IMG/VR virus record: IMGVR_UViG_3300043399_000446
Span: 1-64,000 of that record
DNA: 64,000 nt
From: a virus
Strand: one strand, 5' to 3'
The notes under the pieces were generated by a model. It did no database searches. It was given only the letters and a program-made list of their open reading frames with translations, and was not told where the DNA came from. Shown here piece after piece: positions 27,629 to 37,701 of this stretch (positions are counted from its first letter, which is position 1; every line of letters starts with the position of its first letter). Position numbers and translations under genes: made by a program.

Positions 27629-28306
27629 TTATTGTTTTTCAAGTTTAAAATTTAAACCCAATGCCTCAGGTATTGACAGAGCTAGTATAGTATAATCGCT
27701 TTCGTTATCATAGCCTATATTAAAGCTATCTCTTATCCAATTTTTAGTCCAACCTGTGTTATAATTTAGCCAATACTTCAAGCTTTTATTAGGATAAAAT
27801 TTAGTTGAACTGTTTTCGTATCTCTCAAAAAAATCTTTGAGATTACGATAAAAGTCATTACTAACTTTAGTATTTTTAAAATACACCCTATATTTTGTAG
27901 GGGGATTCCTTTTAAAATATTTAATTCCGCCAGGTACATTAGCTATAGCTTGTTTATATACAGGTTGATAATTTTCAAAATAGGGGGCTATCTGTTTAAG
28001 AATTTCAATGTCGTTTGCGTAGACTGACAAAGAATTCATACATAATCTTATGCTTGCACCCTCAGTATTAAAATTACTTTTCCACAAAAAGTAATTTTGA
28101 AATGTAGTTGTACGCTCTTTAGTCCAAGTAAAGGATGAAGCTATCCATCCTTTACTTCTCAAGAAAGCAATTCTATCTTTTAACGCTTTGAAATCCTTAC
28201 AGTACCTAGTTCTACCTATGTGAGATATCTTAAATACGACCTTGAATTCGTATTTTTTATAGTATAGTTCTGTCTTGTTTTCAGTTATTAACTTGAATGA
28301 TGCCAT
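27629..28306 (-). CDS. hypothetical protein
   Basis: 225 aa ORF, aromatic/basic, apparent internal duplication. Confidence 0.7.
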   Translation of the reverse strand: MASFKLITENKTELYYKKYEFKVVFKISHIGRTRYCKDFKALKDRIAFLRSKGWIASSFTWTKERTTTFQNYFLWKSNFNTEGASIRLCMNSLSVYANDIEILKQIAPYFENYQPVYKQAIANVPGGIKYFKRNPPTKYRVYFKNTKVSNDFYRNLKDFFERYENSSTKFYPNKSLKYWLNYNTGWTKNWIRDSFNIGYDNESDYTILALSIPEALGLNFKLEKQ

Positions 28307-30548
28307 TGCTATCCACGCTTGCAGTATGTTTCATAGACATTACAAAGTCTACTTTGCCTTCTTTCATTACAGCAGCCACATTTGCGTTTTTGATCTTATC
28401 AAAAATAATCTTCTTACTTAGTGGAACTCTGATTAGCTCATCGATCTTGCGTGCCAGGGGTCTTGCACCCATTTTCTTGTCATAGCCCACTTCTGCCAAA
28501 TACTCTACTACTGGCTCTGTGATAGTAAGCGAAATGTTGTGCTTGTCTGCTAATTGCTTACGCAAATCTTCAGTAAACTTGATTACGATTTTCTTGATTG
28601 CTAGTGTATCAAGCTTGTTGAATTTACATACTAGATCAATACGATTTCTGAATTCTGGCTTGAAGAAGTCCTTTAGAGCTTTGTCATCTTCGCCCAATTT
28701 ATCCTGACTACCGAAACCAATATTCAATCGTTCGCTATCGCTTGAACCTAGATTGCTGGTCATGATGATGATCGTATTCTTACATGATACTACTTTACCA
28801 TTGCTGCCTGTGATCTTACCTTCATCTAGAATTTGTAAGAAGATGTTGAAGATATCAGGATGTGCTTTTTCAACCTCGTCAAATAACATGATTGCGTGAG
28901 GATTCTTGCTAAGATCATTAATTAGTCGTCCACCGCTTACTTGACTGTCGTTGAAGCCAACATAGCCAGGTGGGGGTCCAATCAATGACGATACAGCATG
29001 TTTCTCGCCAAACTCGCTCATATCATATTTGAGTAATGGCATGTCTAAGTTTTTACTTAGTAGTTTAGCCATTTCAGTTTTACCTGTACCTGTTGGTCCT
29101 AAGAACAAGAAACTACACATTGGCTTAGTTTCGTTGCTGATGCCAGCAAATGAAACATAAACACGCTCTAAGATTTCTTGTACGGTAGCATCCTGACCAA
29201 ATAGCTTGTTCTTTACATTCAACTCTAAGGTAGAGATACGATCATAATTGTCACTTTTTAGCTTATCGGCAGGAACACCTGTAAACTTCTCTACTTGTTC
29301 GTAGATCAATTCTTTAGTGATGATAGCGCCATGATTTTCTGCTACGCGCTGTTTAGCACAGGCTGCGTCAAGCAAGTCAATACTCTTGTCAGGATTTTTA
29401 CGATCATGGATGTATCGTGCAGAGCTATCTACTGCTGCCTTGATAGCCTCTTCAGTGATTTCAACATTATGAAACTCATTGAGGCGTTTGCTCAAGCCTG
29501 ATAGAATCTTGATTGTAGATTCTTGACTTGGCTCATCAACGGATACCCGATAGAATCTACGCATTAGTGCGCGATCTTTCTCAAAGCTTTCGTAGAACTC
29601 TTCCCATGTTGTGCTTGCGATGACTTTGAGTGTGCCCTTAGTGATAGCGGGCTTAATCATGTTAGCAAAGTCGATAGAACCCCCTGTTGAATTACCTGAA
29701 CCACGCATAGTATGCGCTTCGTCAATAAACAGAATAGCTTTCTTTTTAGTATTAAGTGCTTCAATAACTGCTTTTACTTTTTCCTCAAAGTCTCCGCGAT
29801 ACTTGCTACCCGCAAGCAATGAACCAATTTCAAGTGAATACACTTCATGGTCGTATAAAAACTCTGGGCATTCTTTTTCATAAATGCGTTTTGCTAATCC
29901 TTCTGCGATAGCAGTTTTACCTACGCCAGGATCACCTACCATCAATACATTGCTTTTGAACTTCTTAGCTAATACATTGATAATATCTTCTAATTCATCA
30001 TTACGACCAATTAGTGGTTCGATTTTATCTTCATGTGCTAATCTTGTTAGATTAATAGTATATTCATCTAATACTTCGTCAGCTTGATTTTCAGTCAACT
30101 TAGTTGTGTATTCACTACCCTTATAGTGCTTTTGCCAATACTGAACAAACTCATTTTTGTTGACGCCATATTTCATTAGAAAGTAATGTGCGTGACTATT
30201 ACCCTCGGAGATAATGCTTAAAAATACATCAATAGTAGTAACCTGATTGCGATTAGTGAATAATACTTGCGTAACCGCCCTATTCATTACACGCTCTAAT
30301 GAATTAGTCCTACGAGGTTCCACTGGGGTCGCGGTTGTCACGATAGAATGTAAACTATCCACATAAGCTGTTAGTTCGTTGATAAGCATATCTGCTTCAG
30401 CACCAAAATGTGCCAAACATTTTTTGAAGGGTTGATGCGATACTAGAGCTAAAGCAAGATGCTCTACGGTACAATATTTGTGGCTTCTTTCTTTCGCCAG
30501 TTCAATGGCTGCTTCAATGATGGCTTCAATTTCGGGTGAGTTTTTCAT
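28281..30548 (-). CDS. clpA: ATP-dependent Clp protease ATPase subunit ClpA
   Basis: Clp N domain, two AAA+ modules (GDPGVGKT, GPTGTGKT), no ClpB coiled coil, IGF loop, GARPL. Confidence 0.93.
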   Translation of the reverse strand: MKNSPEIEAIIEAAIELAKERSHKYCTVEHLALALVSHQPFKKCLAHFGAEADMLINELTAYVDSLHSIVTTATPVEPRRTNSLERVMNRAVTQVLFTNRNQVTTIDVFLSIISEGNSHAHYFLMKYGVNKNEFVQYWQKHYKGSEYTTKLTENQADEVLDEYTINLTRLAHEDKIEPLIGRNDELEDIINVLAKKFKSNVLMVGDPGVGKTAIAEGLAKRIYEKECPEFLYDHEVYSLEIGSLLAGSKYRGDFEEKVKAVIEALNTKKKAILFIDEAHTMRGSGNSTGGSIDFANMIKPAITKGTLKVIASTTWEEFYESFEKDRALMRRFYRVSVDEPSQESTIKILSGLSKRLNEFHNVEITEEAIKAAVDSSARYIHDRKNPDKSIDLLDAACAKQRVAENHGAIITKELIYEQVEKFTGVPADKLKSDNYDRISTLELNVKNKLFGQDATVQEILERVYVSFAGISNETKPMCSFLFLGPTGTGKTEMAKLLSKNLDMPLLKYDMSEFGEKHAVSSLIGPPPGYVGFNDSQVSGGRLINDLSKNPHAIMLFDEVEKAHPDIFNIFLQILDEGKITGSNGKVVSCKNTIIIMTSNLGSSDSERLNIGFGSQDKLGEDDKALKDFFKPEFRNRIDLVCKFNKLDTLAIKKIVIKFTEDLRKQLADKHNISLTITEPVVEYLAEVGYDKKMGARPLARKIDELIRVPLSKKIIFDKIKNANVAAVMKEGKVDFVMSMKHTASVDSNGIIQVNN

Positions 30549-30550
30549 TT

Positions 30551-31363
30551 TTAATCCTTTTTGTGTTTGGCCATGCTAATAGCATTTATGATGCTTGAGT
30601 CTATATTATCAGGTATGTAGGGTTTTATCAATAGAATTTGGTCCCCAAAACTACCTAAGTTATATATAGGAAGACCTTGTCCTGCTAATCTCAAATGTAC
30701 ATGTGGTTGTGTTTTGGGTGGAATTCTAACTTCTATTATACTACCCGAAATAGTTTTAAATTCCATACTTGTACCTACTACTAAGTCTAATACTGATACT
30801 GGAAAGTTTGATACCAAATCGTTATTGTGGCGATCAAAATGTAGATGTTTTTGTGTTCTGAACTCAACTATTAAGGTGCCATTATCTATAACATTGGGTA
30901 ATTTTATTTGTCCCCCTTCAGGTATTCCTTTGGGAATTTCTATATCAATAGTTTTAACTCCCGCATGAGTTTGTAATTGTATCGTTTGTCCCCCACCAAA
31001 ATAAACCTGTTCAAGGGTCACCATAAGTGTAGTTTTGAAAACTTGTTGTCTTGCTTGATTAGTATTCTGTCCTTGATTTCGGAAAAAAGTATGGAAAAAA
31101 TCTTCAAAACCATGTGCGTGAAACTGAAATCCGCTAGGAAAGCCTTGAGTGAATCCTGAAAAATCGCCAGCAACGTTAGGATCATCGTATTGTTTTCTTT
31201 TTTGGGGATCACCCAAAGTTTCATACGCAGCTTGTATTTTTTGGAATGTAGCTGTATCTCCACCTTTATCGGGATGGTGAATACTTGCTAATTTTCGGTA
31301 TGCTTTTTTAATATCTTCTTGTGTCGCGGATTTATCGACACCTAAAGTTTGATAATAGTTCAT
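30551..31363 (-). CDS. dnaJ: DnaJ/CbpA-class co-chaperone
   Basis: J domain with HPD, G/F region, C-terminal domain, no Zn finger; start MNYYQTLGV. Confidence 0.9.
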   Translation of the reverse strand: MNYYQTLGVDKSATQEDIKKAYRKLASIHHPDKGGDTATFQKIQAAYETLGDPQKRKQYDDPNVAGDFSGFTQGFPSGFQFHAHGFEDFFHTFFRNQGQNTNQARQQVFKTTLMVTLEQVYFGGGQTIQLQTHAGVKTIDIEIPKGIPEGGQIKLPNVIDNGTLIVEFRTQKHLHFDRHNNDLVSNFPVSVLDLVVGTSMEFKTISGSIIEVRIPPKTQPHVHLRLAGQGLPIYNLGSFGDQILLIKPYIPDNIDSSIINAISMAKHKKD

Positions 31364-31370
31364 TAAGTAT

Positions 31371-31817
31371 TTACTGGCGTAAAACACCTTCCAGTTTTTC
31401 TTTTGTTCTACCGTAAACTGCGATGCCTAATACTGTACCCATTGCTATGTGGAATAATCCTGCACCCATTAATGTCATAGGCTGATATTGTGCTTCAACT
31501 TTGCCATTCATTAAAGCCTGTAAAATAGACCATAAAACAGGGAACACAATAAAATCTGTTATACATACCACCATATACATCCATCCCATAGCAGGGCGCC
31601 ATTTATTGTTTACCCAATCTTTGTTTGTGTTTTCTACTAAATTTTCACCATTATTTGCGGCAGTAGTTTCAGCAGATTGCATAAAATTTTGATTTTGCAT
31701 TATAGGAGGACCAAATTGAGGTACAGTGGGATCTTTTACCAATTGTTCTTCTGCTACATCATTTGTAGCAACAGGATTTTCGTTATCTGTTTTTTTGGGT
31801 AATTTAACTTCATCCAT
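31371..31817 (-). CDS. holin-like membrane protein (3TM/GTA-holin type)
   Basis: WRPAMGW followed by hydrophobic helices and LGI...GRTKEK; start moved to MDEVK. Confidence 0.6.
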   Translation of the reverse strand: MDEVKLPKKTDNENPVATNDVAEEQLVKDPTVPQFGPPIMQNQNFMQSAETTAANNGENLVENTNKDWVNNKWRPAMGWMYMVVCITDFIVFPVLWSILQALMNGKVEAQYQPMTLMGAGLFHIAMGTVLGIAVYGRTKEKLEGVLRQ

Positions 31818-31818
31818 G

Positions 31819-32364
31819 TTATAATCCGGCCATAGCCTTGAAATTTTTAATTTCAACATCTGCGTCATCGTATATAGGTTTGGCACCTATTCCTGCAATC
31901 TCACGCATTTCATTTAAGTCACCTTCGGACTCTTCTTCTATTCTATATTCATGTGGTGAAATTGTTATGACTTGTTTTAATATATTGCTGTCAGCCTCAA
32001 ATTCTTCTTCGTTGACCATAACAACCCACTCAGTAGGCTCTATACCTGTTAGTGTTTTTAAATCTGAAATAAGTTCAACTATATGTGCAGGTACTGTACT
32101 TCTGCGATTCATTTCAACGAATACAACCCATTTACCTGGAGATAGTTCACCTTCGCTTATGCTTGCATCAAGTACCCAATCATAGCCCCGCTCGAACCAT
32201 TCAGCTAAATCTCTACCTGCCATTTCACTATAAACAACAAATGCTAATGTAACGATGTCGCTATCTTTACCCATTTTAGCAGAGTATTCATCGACTGATA
32301 CGGTTGAATCCATCATGCCTTCTAAGTCGTGATAGTCTAATCCCTCTTTAAGAATTCTTTTCAT
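31819..32364 (-). CDS. hypothetical protein
   Basis: 181 aa acidic, start MKRILKE. Confidence 0.75.
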   Translation of the reverse strand: MKRILKEGLDYHDLEGMMDSTVSVDEYSAKMGKDSDIVTLAFVVYSEMAGRDLAEWFERGYDWVLDASISEGELSPGKWVVFVEMNRRSTVPAHIVELISDLKTLTGIEPTEWVVMVNEEEFEADSNILKQVITISPHEYRIEEESEGDLNEMREIAGIGAKPIYDDADVEIKNFKAMAGL

Positions 32365-32372
32365 GTCTATCC

Positions 32373-32984
32373 TTATGCTACTGGTGGAGGTGCCATTCCA
32401 GGTGCCATAGCAGCTTGATCTCCTGCACCCATCTCAGCGCCTTCTGCGCCTTCATCTTGAGTCAATCCTTCTTCATCCAAATCGTTGCCATAAGCATCAT
32501 TCAATTCTTGTAAATCGATTTCTTGATCTGCTAAGTCAATAGAACCTTCTTTAATGTCGTTCATTAGTTCTTTTGGTATTTCTATTTCAACGAACCAAAC
32601 TTTTCTTTTCTTCATTCTAGGATATCTTGTACCAGGAACAAAGTCTTCATAGTCTTTTACTTCAACAGGTACTTTTAAAGATGATTTACCGTATGTTATT
32701 TTGCACCCTAAATTCAATAGTCTTTTTGCACCTTTAGGATCTGGCATCAATTTATAAGGCCACATGAATGCACATTTAACAGTATAACGCTTGACTATAG
32801 GTCCTTGAACCAATTCACCTAATAGCCAATTCTTGAATGCGTAAATGTCTGCTTCATCTAAAACTCGTTCAAAGTCTAAAAGAATAGACATAGAACCATC
32901 ACTGGTCATGATACCCTTGATAGTGTCTACTATACTAACGAAATCTATATCGTTGAAAAATTCATTTGCAGGTTTGTTTTTCAT
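32373..32984 (-). CDS. hypothetical protein
   Basis: 203 aa, late promoter 4 nt upstream of ATG. Confidence 0.75.
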   Translation of the reverse strand: MKNKPANEFFNDIDFVSIVDTIKGIMTSDGSMSILLDFERVLDEADIYAFKNWLLGELVQGPIVKRYTVKCAFMWPYKLMPDPKGAKRLLNLGCKITYGKSSLKVPVEVKDYEDFVPGTRYPRMKKRKVWFVEIEIPKELMNDIKEGSIDLADQEIDLQELNDAYGNDLDEEGLTQDEGAEGAEMGAGDQAAMAPGMAPPPVA

Positions 32985-33140
32985 CATGTATTTATCATAA
33001 TGAAAAACTTTTTTTAATTAAGGAATTTTACTGACTATAGCCCAATATTTATCATGTATTTTTCGTAAAAAACGCTGCTATTAATGTGTAATAGGATCAC
33101 CTTAAATATTTTTGCGTTCAATCTTATTAAGGAGATAACT

Positions 33141-33926
33141 TTGAGTAAAAGAAAAACTAGTGCGCTAACCCGTGGTCATGACCAAACAAAAGCTCATTCA
33201 AGAAAGCTCGATGCTAGCAATACTTTTTATATGCATGAGTCTAAAACGATTGATTTTTCTCAGGCGTATCCTAAGCAGCGAAATAAAAAAGTAGCTGAAT
33301 TGATACCCCGAAGTTTAAATCAAGAGAAGTATATCATTGCTCTACTTGACGAGAATACTGATATCGTAATCGTTTCGGGCCCTGCTGGTACAGGCAAAAC
33401 TTACTTAGCTATGGTCGCTGCTATAAAAGCGTTACGCGCAGGTGAATGCGAAAGAATAATACTTACAAGACCCGCTGTAGGTGTTGACGATGAAAAACAT
33501 GGTTTCTTACCAGGCGACCTAAATGCAAAAATGGAGCCTTGGACTAGACCATTACTTGATGTGCTTAGAGAATTTTACAACGCAAAGGAAATTGCCCACA
33601 TGCTAGAAGAACAAATAGTGGAGATAGCACCCCTAGCATTTTGTCGAGGTAGAAATTTCAAAAATAGCTGGATAATTTTAGATGAAGCACAAAACGCTAC
33701 TCCTAGTCAAATGAAAATGATTATGACTAGGATAGGAGTGGGTAGTAAGATTGTTATCTGTGGTGACGTTGAACAAACCGATCGTAGAACACATGATAAT
33801 GGCTTGATGGACTTGTTAGCAAAAATGGACAAAAATGCAGTTCCAGGAATGCAACTATGTAAGTTTGAGATTAAGGATGTACAAAGACACAAAATAATTG
33901 AACATGTACTAAAACTATACTCATAA
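33141..33926 (+). CDS. phoH: PhoH-like ATPase
   Basis: GPAGTGKT, LTRP, GFLPG, RGR, LDEAQN, GD..Q; TTG start after AAGGAG. Confidence 0.93.
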   Translation: MSKRKTSALTRGHDQTKAHSRKLDASNTFYMHESKTIDFSQAYPKQRNKKVAELIPRSLNQEKYIIALLDENTDIVIVSGPAGTGKTYLAMVAAIKALRAGECERIILTRPAVGVDDEKHGFLPGDLNAKMEPWTRPLLDVLREFYNAKEIAHMLEEQIVEIAPLAFCRGRNFKNSWIILDEAQNATPSQMKMIMTRIGVGSKIVICGDVEQTDRRTHDNGLMDLLAKMDKNAVPGMQLCKFEIKDVQRHKIIEHVLKLYS

Positions 33927-33955
33927 AGAAACGGGGACATATGTCCCCGTTTCTT
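33926..33955. terminator. bidirectional terminator
   Basis: AAGAAACGGGGACAT/ATGTCCCCGTTTCTT between convergent genes. Confidence 0.75.
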
Positions 33956-34226
33956 ACTTTGATTTCTCTTTAGCAGTTATTGTTGCTTCTTTTTCAAGTT
34001 GCGCAATAAGTGCAGGATAGATTTTCTTGTAATACTGATTGGCTTTATCCCAATCCATATCAACTATTTTACCCTCAATTACGCACTTTTCTATTTTCTT
34101 TGTGGCGTAATCTAAAATCACATTACAGGTTTGTTTATCGGTAGCTTTCAACTTTTTGCTAGTTGAAACTTGTTCATCGATCTGGCCGCCAGGCTTTCTC
34201 CAAAATGTAATAAGTAAGTAACGGAT
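33954..34226 (-). CDS. hypothetical protein, probable ATC start
   Basis: Frame open 25 codons upstream of the tracked TTG; AAGGAG 6 nt before ATC. Confidence 0.55.
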   Translation of the reverse strand: MRYLLITFWRKPGGQIDEQVSTSKKLKATDKQTCNVILDYATKKIEKCVIEGKIVDMDWDKANQYYKKIYPALIAQLEKEATITAKEKSK

Positions 34227-34236
34227 GATAATCTCC

Positions 34237-35160
34237 TTACATAGTCAATTCTGCTAACGAAGCTGCTAATGATATTTCGGGGACACCCACTAAAGGTAAA
34301 TTAGCAAGACCATTTCTAATGATAATAATGCTTGCGTCACGTTTTTCTTGTGTCTTACCCCACAAGTCAAGGTTTTGATACATCCAAACATAAATCTCTT
34401 CTACTCTTGTAGGATATAAAGAAATGTATTGCATCAACTGTTGACGACCTTCAAGCACTTTACCTGCTTTGAATAGTTGGCTTGCTTCTACAAGTAGTTC
34501 GTTTTCGCTACTTCCTGCTTTCTGTGGGGGCAACAGTTTACCTGTATTGCTATTTACTTGAAGTTGATTCAAGCATTTACGCAAGTCAGGATAAGTTGCG
34601 CGAACATAATCATCTAGTGTATCTAAATCAAATACTACATTCTCTGTTACTAGAACTGTAGCGGCGCGCGCTGTGAATTCCGTCTTATCTGTTTTAGCTA
34701 TATGGAATTCGTGACAGCGTGATTTTAGTGCAGGGATGATCTTGTGCTGATAATTACAAGTTAGAATGAATCTAACAGTTTGATGATATGCTTCCATATC
34801 ATTACGCAATGCTGCTTGAAACTCTGCGGATGTATAGTCAGCCTCGTCAAGTAGAATCACTTTGAAGTTACCAAAAGGCATTGTTTGTGCAAACCCATTG
34901 ATTTTTTCTCGCACAATAGCAACGCCATTCTCTCTTGACGCATTGATTTCTAGCACATCGTAATCTTCTACGCCTAGCTCATTAATCAATACTTTTGCTA
35001 GTGTAGTTTTACCTGTGCCAGGATCACCTGAAAGCAATAGATGAGGTATACTACCGTCTTTGATCCATTGTTCAACTTGCTGCTTTTGTCGTTCATCTAC
35101 GAACACATAATCAGCAACAGATTTAGGACGATACACCTCAACCCATAATTTATTTTTCAT
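34237..35160 (-). CDS. clamp loader AAA+ subunit (T4 gp44/RFC-like)
   Basis: LWVEVYRP, GDPGTGKT, EINAS, LDEAD, SRC. Confidence 0.93.
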   Translation of the reverse strand: MKNKLWVEVYRPKSVADYVFVDERQKQQVEQWIKDGSIPHLLLSGDPGTGKTTLAKVLINELGVEDYDVLEINASRENGVAIVREKINGFAQTMPFGNFKVILLDEADYTSAEFQAALRNDMEAYHQTVRFILTCNYQHKIIPALKSRCHEFHIAKTDKTEFTARAATVLVTENVVFDLDTLDDYVRATYPDLRKCLNQLQVNSNTGKLLPPQKAGSSENELLVEASQLFKAGKVLEGRQQLMQYISLYPTRVEEIYVWMYQNLDLWGKTQEKRDASIIIIRNGLANLPLVGVPEISLAASLAELTM

Positions 35161-35833
35161 ATTTGATTTCTTTTCTCTCTAAAACTAGAACCACTTCAAA
35201 CCCTTCTAAAAGACATTGATTGAGTTTTGCCTTATTCCTATTTTCTAAAATAGGATCTTTTCCTTTTTTATTCCAAGTCCAGTTAGACTTAATCTCGTAA
35301 ATCGTATTATCTATGATATAATCACTTATGTAAAGTTTTTTGGTATTATCTTCTGGATCTAGGTACCATACGCAAGGACCCCGCTTTACATTTTTGGATA
35401 TCCAGTCAGACCCATAAACCTTTTCTAAAGTTTCTAAAAAATCAAATTCATATGTACCTTGATAAGGTATTCCTAAATTTTTATACTCTAAAATAGGACA
35501 GTTTTTATTATTGTCCCAAGGATTGTTTTCCCAATGCTTTCGCATTGTATTTGCTAATTTTTTATAATGCCCTTGTTGTTTTCTTGTTGCTGTTGCTTTA
35601 ATTTGAGATGTTTTAGTTATACCTAATTTAGTCCTAGTCTCTAAAGATTTTTTGGCTCTTTCTAAATGGTCTGTTCTGTCAGAAAATTGTTTCCGCTTCC
35701 CCATACATGAGTTATGATGGGCAGAGCAACAATATTTGCCATTTGAAAAAATAAAGTTTGCTTGCCCATCACATCCATAGTTACATTTAGTTTCTATATT
35801 AATTTCTTTAGCAATAGGTTTTTGAAATTTCAT
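35150..35833 (-). CDS. putative homing endonuclease (Zn-binding N-terminus, PD-(D/E)xK C-terminus)
   Basis: CNYGC...CCSAHHNSC; YISDY...YEIKS; inserted in replication operon. Confidence 0.65.
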   Translation of the reverse strand: MKFQKPIAKEINIETKCNYGCDGQANFIFSNGKYCCSAHHNSCMGKRKQFSDRTDHLERAKKSLETRTKLGITKTSQIKATATRKQQGHYKKLANTMRKHWENNPWDNNKNCPILEYKNLGIPYQGTYEFDFLETLEKVYGSDWISKNVKRGPCVWYLDPEDNTKKLYISDYIIDNTIYEIKSNWTWNKKGKDPILENRNKAKLNQCLLEGFEVVLVLERKEIKYEK

Positions 35834-35875
35834 AAAAATCTTCTCCTACACTATTTATGCATAGAAAAGACTTTT
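35834..35875 (-). promoter_or_regulatory. late promoter in loop of RBS-occluding hairpin
   Basis: AAAAGTCTTTTCTATGC-ATAAATA-GTGTAGGAGAAGATTTTT-ATG. Confidence 0.65.
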
Positions 35876-35898
35876 CAACCCAAAGTGTATTTTTCATA

Positions 35899-36195
35899 TT
35901 ACCCACGTAATGATTCAAAACTAATGATTTTACCCAATTCTTCACCTAAATCTTTATCTTCAGTAATGATATGCAGCCTTTGATCGTGACGATCAGTTCT
36001 TCTATCATATACACTATATGATACCACATACCCACCATTGGCTTTATTGATAGTGAAATTTATAGAAGATGCTGATTCTATGCTTCGGACCCCAACCCCA
36101 ATTACTGATGATTTAGTTTGATTAGCATAGGGAACGTCAACTAACAATTCTGTTTGCTGAATTCTTCTACGCAGCCATGTGAAAAACCAATTCAT
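35899..36195 (-). CDS. hypothetical protein
   Basis: 98 aa ORF in operon. Confidence 0.7.
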   Translation of the reverse strand: MNWFFTWLRRRIQQTELLVDVPYANQTKSSVIGVGVRSIESASSINFTINKANGGYVVSYSVYDRRTDRHDQRLHIITEDKDLGEELGKIISFESLRG

Positions 36196-36410
36196 TTTGT
36201 TTCCAGTAGTTTTTTAAGATTAAAGATAGCTTCTGGTCCAAGCAAAAATTCGCATTTACGCTGCTCTGATTTTGGGTTCTTTGCACCAGTCCAAACACTA
36301 TAGAAGCTTAGTTGCTTAGTGTTTTCAGGATTGGCACAATCAACCAATTCAGCATAAAGTTGATAAGTTTCACCGCTTGTGTCTTTTACTTCATGTAATA
36401 GTTGTTTCAT
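36192..36410 (-). CDS. hypothetical protein
   Basis: 72 aa ORF, coupled start/stop. Confidence 0.65.
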   Translation of the reverse strand: MKQLLHEVKDTSGETYQLYAELVDCANPENTKQLSFYSVWTGAKNPKSEQRKCEFLLGPEAIFNLKKLLETK

Positions 36411-36772
36411 TATAGTACCTTATCACTCATAGTTTGATCGTTGACGGGTTCGTCACTTACTAGTAGTATATCATTATTATCTACTTTGCGTATGACTTTT
36501 TCGCCCTCATTATCTTCTATTTTAACACCTCGCGTCCAACGACCGTGAGCGATTAGGACATATTGCCCAACTTTTACATCTTTCTGCTCACTACCCACAG
36601 CGTAAACTTTTGCCCAACGTGGACGAATTCCAGAGTTTTTCATATCATCATTTGGAATGATGATGCCACCTTGACTGATACGCTCTTCAAACTTCATGTC
36701 GCATACGATTACTGCATCATTTAATGGGATTATTTTGTTGACTTTGTGTGCTGCAAATGCTAGTTTACTCAT
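36410..36772 (-). CDS. groES: GroES-like co-chaperonin (T4 gp31 analogue)
   Basis: PLNDAVIV, GGIIIP mobile loop, VYAVG, VKVGQYVL, DILLV. Confidence 0.85.
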   Translation of the reverse strand: MSKLAFAAHKVNKIIPLNDAVIVCDMKFEERISQGGIIIPNDDMKNSGIRPRWAKVYAVGSEQKDVKVGQYVLIAHGRWTRGVKIEDNEGEKVIRKVDNNDILLVSDEPVNDQTMSDKVL

Positions 36773-37149
36773 TTTTTACCTCGTTTTTGCTGTGCCTTTA
36801 GTTCTTCTTGTTTGATTCTTTCTACTTCTGCGTCATCTGCCATATCTTCTTCCAACTCTTTTTCAAATTGGCTCAACTCAATTAGCTCTTCAGCTTGGGG
36901 CTGAGGTGCTTGTGGTTTTTTAGATTCAGGCATGGGTTTTCTAACTGGATTGGCACTGCGATTGCCTACAGTTTTACTATAGTTTTGATTTACCTTTTCA
37001 GTAACAGGTGTAATTACCTTACCTTGAGCGTCGATAGTGTCTCCCCGTGCATTTACCGACATGTTTCCTACTGCGCGAACCTTTTCGTTTTTAGTAGCTA
37101 GTACGCTCATATCAACTGTTTTACCTAATGCTGTCCTATATTTGGCCAT
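36769..37149 (-). CDS. hypothetical protein
   Basis: 126 aa, AVGNMSVNARGD, GGAG SD. Confidence 0.75.
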   Translation of the reverse strand: MAKYRTALGKTVDMSVLATKNEKVRAVGNMSVNARGDTIDAQGKVITPVTEKVNQNYSKTVGNRSANPVRKPMPESKKPQAPQPQAEELIELSQFEKELEEDMADDAEVERIKQEELKAQQKRGKK

Positions 37150-37158
37150 TATGTTCTC

Positions 37159-37665
37159 CTATTTCAAAAATTCTTCTATATCTAAGTCATAGAATAAACT
37201 ATTTACCCTATGAACACCTATCAAAAATAATACAAAACTTGCTACTGAGCTACCTCTGCCCACTCCCCATACGATGTTATTTGCTCGCATAGTATCTACT
37301 AAGTATTTCAAATATTTTAGTAAGGGAAATAGGTCTCTTTCCTGATATAACATTAGCTCATTTGCTGCTCGTTGTAGTTCTGCTTCGCCCCTGCATTGAT
37401 CTAAAATCCATTTAGCGATATCTATGTTTTTGTAATCTTCGGGCATCAACCAAATGTTTTGACAGATTTGGTCGAACTCAGATTTATTTATTTTAGGATC
37501 AATATAAGTGATTAACTCAGGTTTATTAGATATATTTAACTCTGGGTCAAAAGTGATTTCTTTATCAACTAAGCATTTTTTGAGTGATAGCTCAGGGTTA
37601 GACATGATGGCGTCTAACAAGTCTTTTTCAGAGAAAATAGGGTTACCACAGCTATCAATTTTCAT
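37159..37665 (-). CDS. dnaE: stand-alone fragment of DNA polymerase III alpha
   Basis: WGVGRGSSVASFVLFLIGV...YDL..EEFL matches DnaE GxGRGS region; ends before PDID. Confidence 0.75.
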   Translation of the reverse strand: MKIDSCGNPIFSEKDLLDAIMSNPELSLKKCLVDKEITFDPELNISNKPELITYIDPKINKSEFDQICQNIWLMPEDYKNIDIAKWILDQCRGEAELQRAANELMLYQERDLFPLLKYLKYLVDTMRANNIVWGVGRGSSVASFVLFLIGVHRVNSLFYDLDIEEFLK

Positions 37666-37701
37666 AACTTACATTATTACATCTATCGATGATTTAGTCA
37701 A

